From Ostreococcus tauri (taxonomy: Eukaryota), in contig CAID01000006.2 in the NCBI GenBank assembly GCA_000214015.2, positions 613,063 to 633,884 on the forward strand: 20,822 bases of DNA. The letters run 5' to 3'. The notes under the pieces are model-generated. The model was not told the origin of the DNA and searched no databases. It worked only from the letters and a program-made list of their open reading frames with translations. Positions 1-9,300 of this stretch are shown one piece after another (the stretch's first letter is position 1; every line of letters starts with the position of its first letter). Both the position numbers and the translations under genes were made by a program.

Positions 1-1
1 T

Positions 2-1300
2 GAAGCGCTGTTGGATGCTAACGCGATTGAGCGTGTCTCCGGAAATCGAGCAGGTGTCTTGGACTATGCGGTGACAACGTGTACCTTCCCGGTAGAGATC
101 CAGGCCGTGATTAGCTCGAAGGAGCTCATGAGACGGTTCGCCACAGGCGTCGGATTCGGTGTTTCGACGCTCGCGATCGACGGTACCTATAAGCTGAACA
201 AGGAGAAGCATGTCATTCTCGTGTGGGGCTCGCACAACTTCCACCAACAGTTTGCCCTGGGTGGTTTTGCGATCGTGCCGTCGGAATCGACCGAGCACTA
301 CGAGTGGACGTTTAATGCTATCTTCAAATATGCATCAAAGTATACCCCTACCGAGATGAACCGCCTGCTCCCCGACCACGACAAGCACGTGTGGCTGATG
401 GGCGATGGCGCCGCTAGCATCTCCGCAGGTGCACGAAACAGCTGCAAGAAGCACAAGAAAACATATAATCGCGGAGTCTGCTGGTTTCATGTTATGAAAG
501 CAGTTCGAGATAATGCCGCAAAAGTGAGCGATCCAGGCAACTTCGCCGAAATCAAAGCCGACATATGTGGTCTCCATGGAATCCCGTACCCATGCGCTGA
601 GTTCAAGAAAACATGCGAGCGCATGTTTGTGGTCAAGTGGGAATCTCGACGCGAAAGCTGCTTCGCGGAGTATTTCAATGATACCTGGGCAGGGACAGGC
701 TACTCGTTCTGCGACTCGTTACCGGGGTTAGTCACGAGTAACAACTGCGTCGAGAATTTCAATCGCCAAGTCAAGGACGAGTTCGCTCGAAAGATTCCTC
801 ATCTCCACGAGACGATCGCTCACCTTGCGAAGATCACTGAGCGAGAGCTCATCGATCGCATGCCGAATTGGGATACGACATATCCCACAATGAACCCAGC
901 CGACTGGGATGCCACAGACGTGTTCATGCGGGAACACGTGAATAAGCATCCAGAACGCATCCCCATCGACTCACAGCTCACCTTGTACGTGCGCGCTGAT
1001 GTCATGCTTCACACAAAGAGGCTCTCGCAAGAACTATGTCCCGCGGGGAGCGATGCTGAACGCGCCGTCGTGCGCACCCAACTCCTTCACGAAGCAGCGA
1101 CGAAGTTCGCCACTTTCTATCGAGACAGCATGCTCGGCGGCGTACTCGAGCCGGGCACCGACTTCGACACCGCCATGCGGCAATCGACTCTGTTCTACGC
1201 CGTGACCCCGCTACCGAACGCAGAGTCAAACGCATACGTCAAGTTTTCGTGCACCTGCGTCGGGGACAAGAATAATCGAGGCTATCAGTACGCGGACTAA
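2..1300 (+). CDS. Mutator-like (MULE/MuDR family) DDE transposase, 5' end cut by the window edge
   Basis: The frame is open from base 2, so the tracked TTG at 11 is not a real start. The translation shows the MULE core pattern: AIDGTYKLNK, FALGGFAIVPSESTEHYEWTF, VWLMGDGAASISAG, RGVCWFHVMKAVRDN. It ends in FSCTCVG, only the CxC half of a SWIM-type finger. The family call is from remembered PF10551-like conservation, not a search. Confidence 0.8.
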   Translation, partial: EALLDANAIERVSGNRAGVLDYAVTTCTFPVEIQAVISSKELMRRFATGVGFGVSTLAIDGTYKLNKEKHVILVWGSHNFHQQFALGGFAIVPSESTEHYEWTFNAIFKYASKYTPTEMNRLLPDHDKHVWLMGDGAASISAGARNSCKKHKKTYNRGVCWFHVMKAVRDNAAKVSDPGNFAEIKADICGLHGIPYPCAEFKKTCERMFVVKWESRRESCFAEYFNDTWAGTGYSFCDSLPGLVTSNNCVENFNRQVKDEFARKIPHLHETIAHLAKITERELIDRMPNWDTTYPTMNPADWDATDVFMREHVNKHPERIPIDSQLTLYVRADVMLHTKRLSQELCPAGSDAERAVVRTQLLHEAATKFATFYRDSMLGGVLEPGTDFDTAMRQSTLFYAVTPLPNAESNAYVKFSCTCVGDKNNRGYQYAD

Positions 1301-1768
1301 CAGTAACGTTCATAACTAAAGTTATCGGCGAGTTATCGAAAAAATGGGGGTAACAGTACCAAAATTAGCATAAAGTTATTGAAATCACGCGATTTTGACG
1401 TTAACTTCGGGGAAAGTTATCGTCAAAATTAAGGTTTGTCAATAACTTTTGACGAGTCAGCTCTTGAGTCAATGAGGAGGGGGTCAAAGTTATGGGAAAG
1501 TTATCGAAATTAACTGTTACCCCCTTGACGATAACCCGCGTAATTTGCCCAAATGTCCGTTCATTTTAATCACACAAAGTCCGACGCGATGGTTCACGAC
1601 TCGTGAGCGCGACGAAGTTATCGAAAAGTTATGAAAATGAGCTGTTAGTCGTTTGCGCATAACTCGGGGTATAAAGTTATCAGAACCCGTTACTGTTAGT
1701 CCCAACGAACATAACTCTGTCATTAAGTCCGAGTTATGGTCAAAGTTATCAACGGGACTGTTAGTCGG
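1294..1768. repeat. Subterminal repeat array: 15 copies of an AGTTAT core (often AAAGTTATCG) plus CTGTTAGTC/GACTAACAG motifs in both orientations
   Basis: Forward AGTTAT cores lie in blocks starting near 1318, 1331, 1372, 1413, 1486, 1497, 1615, 1624, 1673, 1731 and 1742. Reverse ATAACT lies at 1312, 1442, 1659 and 1711. CTGTTAGTC is at 1642, 1693 and 1758, with its complement at 1295. Perfect inverted pairs are 1294-1308/1688-1702 (15 nt) and 1346-1356/1514-1524 (11 nt). Confidence 0.85.
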
Positions 1769-2279
1769 CCTAACCTCCGTTTAAATTAATTCTGACTATA
1801 TACGTGCCGTACGTCCGAGTTTGTGCATCACGTATTATCATAGACGAGTCGCTGATTATTACATCGAGCCACAGTTCTTGTCGAGTCCGTTCTCCACCCG
1901 CACTGGTACATGTGGATCGGTCGCCGTCGCGATCGGACTTCTCGGAGGTAAAGATGCCGACGACGATGCCTTTAACAATCTCGAGCGCATTAGCGCCGCC
2001 TTACGTAGGTCGTGAAGCGGTGATGGATCGGATGGTGACGACGGCGGTAAGCTTCCATGGAACAGCTCCGACGCGCCGCCGCCATTCACGCCGTTCGCTT
2101 TCCCGTAGTTAAACATCATGGCGCTCTCCCCAGTCGGTGATTTGGCAATACAGGCGCCGCCACCACCGCTGCCGCCGCCACTACCGCCCGATACCAGGAG
2201 ACCGCGGAGTCATCGCTCAATGTGTGACGTATATACGCCGTACCTCGTTCTATACGTACCGTGTGTCTTCATGGGCTAC

Positions 2280-2283
2280 AAAA
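2280..2283 (-). terminator. Pol III T4 terminator downstream of tRNA-Leu
   Basis: On the minus strand the tRNA 3' end is followed by GCGGCGTATATCCGCC then TTTT (plus-strand AAAA at 2280-2283). Confidence 0.5.
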
Positions 2284-2299
2284 GGCGGATATACGCCGC

Positions 2300-2379
2300 T
2301 GACGGAGACGGGATTTGAACCCGCGCTCTTTCGAACAGGAGCCTTAATCCTGCGCCTTAGACCGCTCGGCCACTCCGTC
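2300..2379 (-). tRNA. tRNA-Leu(AAG): tRNA-Leu, anticodon AAG (type II, long variable arm), no intron, CCA not encoded
   Basis: The reverse complement reads GACGGAG-TG-GCCGAGCGGTCTAAGGC-G-CAGGA-TTAAGGC-TCCTG-TTCGAAAGAGC-GCGGG-TTCAAAT-CCCGT-CTCCGTC-A. It has a 7-bp acceptor stem and a 5-bp anticodon stem, with AAG at positions 34-36 of the loop TTAAGGC. A-box (TGGCCGAGCGG) and B-box (GGTTCAAATCC) are present. Confidence 0.93.
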
Positions 2380-2848
2380 GTCGTTGATGACGCGTTTTCG
2401 CATCACAATACGTACCGTCGTGCCCCGCTTTCCACCACTCCATCCCGACCGCATTCTCTCGTGAAACCTTACGGCTCTTTTTTTCCACCCGATGTCTCAC
2501 ATCCACGAGTCACCACCCACGAGTAATCCCACGTGGTATCTCACGACGCCACCACACCACGCCGAAGATTCGCCCGATCTCCCGCGCGCCCCCGCCACGT
2601 GGCCCGCGATCGCGCCGTCGACGAGTCCGCACTCAGCACCCACCCCCTCGCGCGATCGTCTCGCGCCGAAAAGTGCCTTTGCGTCCGCGTCGACATCCCC
2701 CGATCGACGATCGCGTCGACGCGACGCGCGCGACCGTGCGCGGGCGAACGAGCGATCGGTGAACACATCTCGCGCGGCATCACACGACGTGCGTGCTCGA
2801 CGGCGACGCGCGGACGGGCGACGCGGGCGGACGACGACGCGACGGGAC

Positions 2849-2871
2849 GACGCGACGCGACGCGACGCGAC
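2849..2871. repeat. (GACGC)n pentanucleotide microsatellite, about 4.6 units, upstream of the eEF3-like gene
   Basis: A direct read gives gacgc x4 followed by gac. Confidence 0.8.
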
Positions 2872-3059
2872 ACGAAACGCGCGCGAATCGGTGGATTGGG
2901 GAATCGGCGCGCGACGGGTCGACTGACGACGGTGACGAGGATTCGCGCCGACGCAGACGCGCGCGGACTTTTGGCTCGACGCACGCGCGCGCAAAGGACG
3001 GACGCGCGGACGGGTGGCGACGGAACGCGGACGGTGCGTTTGAAAAGGCGGGAAACAAG

Positions 3060-6050
3060 ATGACGAAGGAGTTGACCTCGGAGGAGATTCGACGCGCGAG
3101 AGATGACGTTGAATCGGGGGATTTGATGCGGATCGCGCCCGTGACGACGGATGTGGAAACGATCACGGCGTTGTTGAACGCGTGCTCGGATAAAAAGAGC
3201 GATGAGGTGCGAGCGTCGGCTTCGGAGACGTTGAAATCGATCGCCGCCAAGGCGGATGAATTCATCGTCGGCGTCGCCGTCGTTCCGGCCGCTTTGTCCG
3301 CCCTGGATCCGAAGAACCGGTTTCAAACGCAAGTTGCGGGAGCGAATCTCCTCACCGATCTCTCGACTTCATCCCCGCACGCGATCGCGGCCAATCTCAC
3401 CGCGATCCTTCCGGTGGTCACCTCAATGGTGAACGACGCCAAGCAAGAAGTCGCGGACGCCGCGCGCGCATCCCTGACTGCCATCGCCCAAACGATCGAC
3501 AACAAGGACGTCGAACCGTTCATTCCGGCCATGGTCGAAGCCACGATCGATCACGAAAAGACGGATGAGTGCGTGCAAAAGCTCGCGTCGACGACGTTCG
3601 TGCAAACCATCACGGCGGCGCCTCTGGCGTTGATTTCGCCCATCCTCTTGCTCGGCTTCCGCGCCAGAACGACCGCCACCAAACGCCTGTCCGCGGTGAT
3701 CGTGAACAACATGTCCAAGCTCGTCGAGGACCCAGAAGACGCGGCGCCGTTCTTGCCCAACCTCTTGCCCGCCGTGGCCAAGGCGTCCGAGCAAGTTTCC
3801 GACCCCGAAGCCAGAGCCGTGTGCGGAAACGCGTGCGAGCAACTGCAATCCATCGAGGCCAAGCTGAAGGATGCGAACTTCAAGTCTCAAAAAGGGGTTT
3901 TCGCCGATATCCAGACTTTGACGGACAAGCACATCGCCAAGTACTTCTCGGATGCGTCCCTCTCCACGTACTTCGCCACCATGGTCACCGCCATGGTGGA
4001 CGCGAAGATTTCGGATTTTGAATTCGAGGATGCGCTTCGATCGTTCGGTAAAGACGCCGTGAAGGATATTCGCGCGTTGTACGGTGAACTCGAAAAGATG
4101 TACTTTGGCGCCGAGGAGGAAGAGGACGACGACGATAACGCGGACGTGCTCGCCGACTGCCAATTTACCCTCGCGTACGGCTCCAAGGTTTTGTTGCACA
4201 ACACCAAGCTCAAGCTCAAGCGCGGTCACAAGTACGCGTTGCTCGGCGGGAACGATAGTGGGAAGACTTCGCTCATGCGCGCGATCGCGAACGAGCAAGT
4301 CGAGGGCTTCCCGCCCGCGAGCGAGCTTCGCACGGTTTTCGTCGAGGCGGACATCATCGGCGAGCTCTCCGATTTGCCGTGTGTCGACTACATCTTGGCG
4401 GATCCACGCATCAAGGCGGCCGGCATCTCCGAACAGACGGTTGAAAAGATGCTCTTAAACGTCGGTTTCGGTGAGATGCAAAACGGAGCGAGAAACCTCG
4501 TGACTTTCTTGTCTGGCGGGTGGCGCATGAAGCTCGCGCTCGCGCGTGCGATGTGCTTAAACGCCGACATCCTACTCATGGACGAGCCGACGAATCACTT
4601 GGACGTGATGAACGTAAAGTGGGTCGAGGAGTACTTGAAATCCCTCACCGACGTCACGTGCGTCCTGGTCTCGCACGACACCGGTTTCGTCGACCGCGTG
4701 TGCAACAACATCATCAGCATTGAAAACTTAAAGCTCAAGCAGTTCCGAGGCAACTTGTCCGAGTTCGTCGAGAAAAACCCGAAGGCGAAGTCGTTTTTCG
4801 AGCTCAAGAGCTCGAGTGGATTCGTCATGCGATTCCCGCAACCGGGATTCATCGAGGGCGTCAAGTCCAAGGGTAAGCCGCTCATGAAGATGGCCAACTG
4901 CACGTATACGTATCCGGTGAACGATGCGCCGACGGTGAAGGATGTCACGGTGCAAGTCTCCCTCGCATCGCGCGTCGCGTGCGTCGGGCCGAACGGTGTC
5001 GGGAAGTCTACGATGATCAAGCTTCTCACAGGTGAGGTTGTTCCGCAAGAGGGTACGGTTTGGAAGCATCCAAACGCCCGAGTGGCGTACGTCGCCCAGC
5101 ACGCTTTCCACCACATTGAACAACACCTCGACAAGACGCCGAATGAATACATTCGCTGGCGTTACCAACACGGTGACGATAAGGAGGCCCTCGTCAAGGA
5201 CACGATGACACTCACCGAAGAGGAGAAGGCGCGATGCAAGGAGCCGGTGTTGATTGATTTCGGTAACGACGAAAAGGGCAACCCAATCAAGATCAAGATG
5301 CAAATCGAAAAGCTCACCGGCGGTCGCAAACAGGTGAAGAAGGAGTACGAGTACGAAGTTCAATTCGTCGGACGAGACTACAACTCGAACAAGTATATTC
5401 AAGCGAGCAAGCTCGATAAGTGGGGCTTTGGTAAGCACATGAAGATTGTCGACGAAAAAGTCGCCGCGCGCGCGGGCGCCATGCACACGCCCTTGACGAC
5501 GGCTAACGTGGAGAAATTCCTCGAAGATGTGGGTTTGGACAAGGAGTTCGGTACTCACACTCGCATGTCCGCGCTCTCGGGTGGTCAAAAGGTCAAGGTT
5601 GTCATCGCGGCTGCCATGTGGAACTGCCCCCACATTGTCATCCTCGACGAGCCGACAAACTACTTGGATCGCGACTCTCTCGGCGCGCTTGCGGGTGCAA
5701 TTCAAGTTTACGAAGGCGGCGTCGTCATGATTACGCACAACAACGAGTTCTGCTCCGCCTTGTGCCCGGAAACGTGGCTCATGGAGAAGGCTCAAGACGG
5801 TATCGCTCGATGCAACTGCAAGGGTGACGCCGAGTGGATGGCCAAGGCTTCTAAGATGGAAGTCACCGCGGCGGCGCAACTCGAAGAGTACACCGACGCC
5901 TTGGGCAACGTCGTGGAGGTTAAGAAGAAGGTCGATAAGGATAGCAAGGAGGCCAAGAAGAGAGCCAAGCTCAAGGCCAAGCGTCGCGCTCGCGGCGAGG
6001 TCGTGACTGACACCGAGGATGAGGAATGGGAAGGCTTCGGAGAAGAATAA
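3060..6050 (+). CDS. EF3: Translation elongation factor 3 (eEF3)-like ABC-F ATPase: HEAT-repeat N-domain, two ABC cassettes, chromodomain-like insert, Lys-rich tail
   Basis: 3060 is the first ATG of the ORF. The upstream 89 codons start at GTG and are R/D low-complexity. Long stretches are colinear with yeast eEF3 from memory: DNKDVEPFIPAMV, RLSAVIVNNMSKLVEDPEDAAPFLPNLLP, FTLAYGSKVLLHNTKLKLKRG, LSGGWRMKLALARAM..ILLMDEPTNHLD, GPNGVGKST, LSGGQKVKVVIAAAMW..IVILDEPTNYLDRDSLGAL, YEYEVQF insert, and a C-terminal KKRAKLKAKRRAR. Confidence 0.92.
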   Translation: MTKELTSEEIRRARDDVESGDLMRIAPVTTDVETITALLNACSDKKSDEVRASASETLKSIAAKADEFIVGVAVVPAALSALDPKNRFQTQVAGANLLTDLSTSSPHAIAANLTAILPVVTSMVNDAKQEVADAARASLTAIAQTIDNKDVEPFIPAMVEATIDHEKTDECVQKLASTTFVQTITAAPLALISPILLLGFRARTTATKRLSAVIVNNMSKLVEDPEDAAPFLPNLLPAVAKASEQVSDPEARAVCGNACEQLQSIEAKLKDANFKSQKGVFADIQTLTDKHIAKYFSDASLSTYFATMVTAMVDAKISDFEFEDALRSFGKDAVKDIRALYGELEKMYFGAEEEEDDDDNADVLADCQFTLAYGSKVLLHNTKLKLKRGHKYALLGGNDSGKTSLMRAIANEQVEGFPPASELRTVFVEADIIGELSDLPCVDYILADPRIKAAGISEQTVEKMLLNVGFGEMQNGARNLVTFLSGGWRMKLALARAMCLNADILLMDEPTNHLDVMNVKWVEEYLKSLTDVTCVLVSHDTGFVDRVCNNIISIENLKLKQFRGNLSEFVEKNPKAKSFFELKSSSGFVMRFPQPGFIEGVKSKGKPLMKMANCTYTYPVNDAPTVKDVTVQVSLASRVACVGPNGVGKSTMIKLLTGEVVPQEGTVWKHPNARVAYVAQHAFHHIEQHLDKTPNEYIRWRYQHGDDKEALVKDTMTLTEEEKARCKEPVLIDFGNDEKGNPIKIKMQIEKLTGGRKQVKKEYEYEVQFVGRDYNSNKYIQASKLDKWGFGKHMKIVDEKVAARAGAMHTPLTTANVEKFLEDVGLDKEFGTHTRMSALSGGQKVKVVIAAAMWNCPHIVILDEPTNYLDRDSLGALAGAIQVYEGGVVMITHNNEFCSALCPETWLMEKAQDGIARCNCKGDAEWMAKASKMEVTAAAQLEEYTDALGNVVEVKKKVDKDSKEAKKRAKLKAKRRARGEVVTDTEDEEWEGFGEE

Positions 6051-6179
6051 GCGCGCCGCACGCACTGTGGTAACTTTACTAACGACGAATCGTCCGCATC
6101 ACTCTTTATTACTAATCTCGCCCGCGATGCGATCGACCTCTATGAACTCACTCCGTCATTAAAATGGCGTCGACACAGT

Positions 6180-6184
6180 TGTAA
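6180..6184 (+). promoter_or_regulatory. TGTAA, candidate green-algal polyadenylation signal for the eEF3-like gene
   Basis: The TGTAA pentamer lies about 130 nt downstream of the stop at 6050, in an AT-richer tail-to-tail spacer. UGUAA is the known poly(A) signal in chlorophyte algae. Its use here is unverified. Confidence 0.3.
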
Positions 6185-6310
6185 TGACTTCAAACTTAAC
6201 AAACGAGCTACTGAATTCGATTCTATGGCGCAACAATTGGCACGGTATATCGAAAGAGTGACTCACGAGAAATACTACGATTCGAGATAAGAAAGTGGCG
6301 CCCATCAGTC

Positions 6311-9300
6311 TTACTTGTTGAAAAAGGCGTACAGCGAAGCTTGGTGCTGTGGCTTGTTCGAGTTGGAGTCTCCTAGCGGCGCACGTTTCGGCGACGGCTG
6401 GTTCCCAGATGTCGGTGTCGTGGCTTTGCGCTTCTCTTGCCACATTCGCAAGACCTCCATGTCTCGCTTTAGCTTAGCCTCGGCGGCTGCCTTTCGTTGA
6501 GCCGCAAGTAGCTCCGCCTTGGACGGCCTTTTTGGCGGTCTGAGAAGTGCTTGAAGCAAACGCATGAGTCGCGTCTTGAGTCGGGTCGCCGCTGGCCATG
6601 CGACCGTCTCTCTGTACTCTCCGTCATCGTACACCCCCGTTCGAGACGCGAAACGAAGCTGTCGATCGTTTCTGATGAGGTCGAACTGTCGCTCTAATTC
6701 TTTAGAGTTACTCGGCGTGTAGCCGTAGCGCAAAGAACCGCGAAGGAGATCGGTGTCGTCTTCGGTCGTCCACCACTCCGCAGGCAACGACGCCTTGACA
6801 CCGAGAACGGGTACCGGAAACTGCGCCCTTTCTTTTGGAAGGGTCGTCTTTTGACGTGGTGGAGGCGCGGTGGGGCTGTCGAGGTCGATGGGTTCTTCAG
6901 CCTCAATCAGCTTGGCGAGCGCGGCACGTTGTTTCATGAGCTTGGCGCGTCTGGGCATCGCTCGCAAGAGCTTGGTCCAGAGGACTCGATTCGCAAGAGC
7001 CGTGGCGGCTCTCTCCGGGACAAGAATCGTCTCCATAGCTGCGAACACGGCCTGCTTGGTCTCCTCCGTGTCTTCACGATCGTCTTCCTTGTCGTCGTCC
7101 TCCTTGCCGTCGTCCTCCTTGTCATCGTCGTTTTGTTCTTGCTTGGACTCAGCGTTCGCCGCTGAGGACGAGGATACCTCATCGCGGACACGCACGATCG
7201 TGTCGAACATTTCCATGACAGTTTTCGCGACGGCTATCTTTTGCTCGTCTGGCTTGTCCACGTCAAGAGTGCCGCACGTGACGGCTCGAGAGACGTCTCC
7301 GTTCGGAGCGCCGAACGCAGAGAGTGCGTCGACGACGACCTCGACCTCCCACGTGAACCAATTGAGTTTAGCATCTTCACGTTGACGTGCGAGTTCTTCC
7401 TCTCGCTCGCGTCGTCGAGCTTCACGTTCTTCCTGTCTGAGTTTTTTGTCCTCCTCGCGAGCGCGTTTTGCAGCGGCTCTTCGCTCACTGTACGTCGTAC
7501 GCGTCCCCGTGCGAGGCGCCAGAGACGGTGTTTGGTTTTGGAACAAAGCGACACTTTCCTTGTAGTTCACCGTTTTACGCTTGCGCGGACCTTCAACCGC
7601 GAAACGTTTGTCGACGACTTGTTCCGCCGCCTTCTCCTTGGCCGCCTGAATCGCGGCGTCTCCGAAAGCTTCGGCCCAGAACGTCTCGTCATCGACGCCA
7701 TCGCCGGGTTCGGCGCCAAATGTCGCGACAGAAAATGAATTACCAACTCGAGGTCCCACGTCGCGATGCTCGGCGCGACGGGACAAGATTTCATCGATAT
7801 CTTCCGCAGCGAACGCGTTCGCTTCTTCTCCTGACGCATCCTTGAGCGCGCCGTGCACGCCGTACTTGAGCAACTCGTTAATGCGTTGCGCCTGCTCCTT
7901 TGCAGTTTTCTTCGACCGATGACCCTCTTCTTCTCCATTCTCATCGCCACCGCCGAGAATCGCCTCGTCCAAACCGTACTTGCGCGACGCAGTCTCGAAC
8001 AATGACTGCTCGTATGTGTCTTTGGTGACGAATCTGTACACCTTGACCTCTTTGGTTTGGCCAATTCGATGGCAGCGCGCCATCGCTTGGAGATCGTTCT
8101 GAGGGTTCCAATCGGAATCGAAGATAATCGCAGTATCCGCGGACGTGAGAGTAATCCCCATGCCGCCCGCTCGAGTAGAGAGCAAGTACGCGAATCCCGC
8201 GCCCGGCGTGTTGAATCGATCAATCCCAGCTTGACGGTCTTCTGCCGAGGTGGTACCATCCAAGCGCTCGCACTCGTACCCGGACGCGCTCATGAAGTCT
8301 TGCACGAGATCGAGAACCATGGTGAACTGCGAAAAGATTAGAACCTTATGCCCGTCGCGCTTCAGCTTTGCGAGGAGCTTTGCGAGCAGGCTCATCTTTC
8401 CGCTCCCTTCGACGAGGAGCTGTAGCGCTGAAGGAGGCGCGATACCGTTCTCCTCGCACGCGGCGAGACGTTTCTTCGTGTAATCCTCCTCGAGGCCCGC
8501 ACAAAGAAACGGATGATTGCACACCTTACGAAGCTCCATGGATAGATTTCGTAGCTGTGGCACACTTTTCACCTTGGATCCTTCCAAGAGGACGTGAATT
8601 TGGTTTTCATACAGCGCGCGATAATATCCACGCTGCTGCGGAGTAAGTTCGACCCACACGACGACCTCTTCCTTCGCAGGAATTTTTTCAACGTCTTCCT
8701 TCATGCGACGCAACATGCGAGGCTTGAGTAAATCTCTCAATCGCATCACTTGCGTCGCGTCGACCTCTCCCGATTCGTCGCAAAATTCGTCGCGGAAATC
8801 TTCCCATGAATGAAATTGTCGAGGATCAAGAATGTGGAGCATCCCGTACAGCTCTTTGATGTTATTCTGGATCGGAGTTCCCGTCAAGAGTAGGAGCCAG
8901 TCATACCGGAGCGATGTCACCGCGATGGTCGTCTGAGAGTTGACGTCCTTCATTTTGTGTGCTTCATCGACGACGCACATGGCAAAGGAAAAACGCTCCA
9001 AAAGCTCGATGTTCCTGCGAACGTTATCGAAACTCACGAGCATGACATCAAATTTCGGTTTGCGCGACCCCTGGACGAAGAACTCGTGCTCGATGCACAC
9101 TTCGCGATCGGCGGCAGATCCGTCGAAGACGATTACGTTCATGTCGGTCCACTTTTCAACTTCTCGCTTCCAGTGTCCGAGCGTCGTGAGCGGTGCGACG
9201 ACGCACATGGGCTGACGACGACGCATGAGATTCTTACGTACGTACTCCATCACCGAGATGCACTGCGCCGTCTTCCCTAGGCCCATCTCGTCGCCCAAGA

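Larger units (their letters stand above)
1..1800 (+). mobile_element. Right-hand (3') portion of a Mutator-like DNA transposon: transposase ORF plus AT-rich subterminal repeat region. The right boundary is approximate and the left end lies outside the window.
   Basis: The transposase ORF is followed directly by about 480 bp of visibly AT-rich sequence packed with short repeats. Host-like GC-rich composition resumes near 1800. No TIR or TSD can be verified because the other end is not in the window. Confidence 0.6.

Noticed and set aside
1288-1303. GTACGC...ACTAACAG looks like a 5' splice site plus yeast-type branch point and acceptor that could extend the transposase ORF.
   Set aside because: A 16-nt intron is implausibly short. 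Splicing to later CAG acceptors such as 1356 runs into stops immediately. ACTAACAG is better explained as a copy of the repeated GACTAACAG/CTGTTAGTC motif.
1294-1768. Possible CRISPR-like or satellite reading of the short repeats.
   Set aside because: The repeats are only 6-10 nt, occur in both orientations and are irregularly spaced, with no constant repeat or spacer length. The context is eukaryotic and adjacent to a transposase, so they are read as subterminal transposon repeats.
1859-2119. 86-aa minus-strand ORF (MMFNYGKANGVNGGG...) just right of the transposon end.
   Set aside because: It has no recognisable motif and intermediate codon bias, is short, and overlaps equally long ORFs in other frames. 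It cannot be supported as a gene from sequence alone.
2118-3332. A stack of R/P/S-rich ORFs on both strands (2118-2318, 2137-2526, 2492-2926, 2497-2994, 2533-3063, 2541-3332, 2780-3265), plus the GTG-initiated 89-codon extension of the eEF3 ORF.
   Set aside because: They overlap the tRNA gene and CG-rich simple repeats including (GACGC)n. They have no ATG-supported structure or recognisable motifs. This region is read as a promoter/5' leader for eEF3.
4728-6065. 445-aa minus-strand ORF antisense to the eEF3-like gene. Similar antisense or alternative-frame ORFs occur at 3423-4298, 3551-3883, 4595-5152 and 5792-6061.
   Set aside because: They lie entirely inside a strongly conserved plus-strand gene, translate to low-complexity R/L/H-rich sequence, and are the expected stop-poor artefacts of a GC-rich coding region.
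6159-6443. 94-aa minus-strand ORF spanning the eEF3/CHD1 tail-to-tail spacer.
   Set aside because: It overlaps the CHD1 3' end in another frame and AT-rich 3' UTR sequence, and has no coding-like composition.
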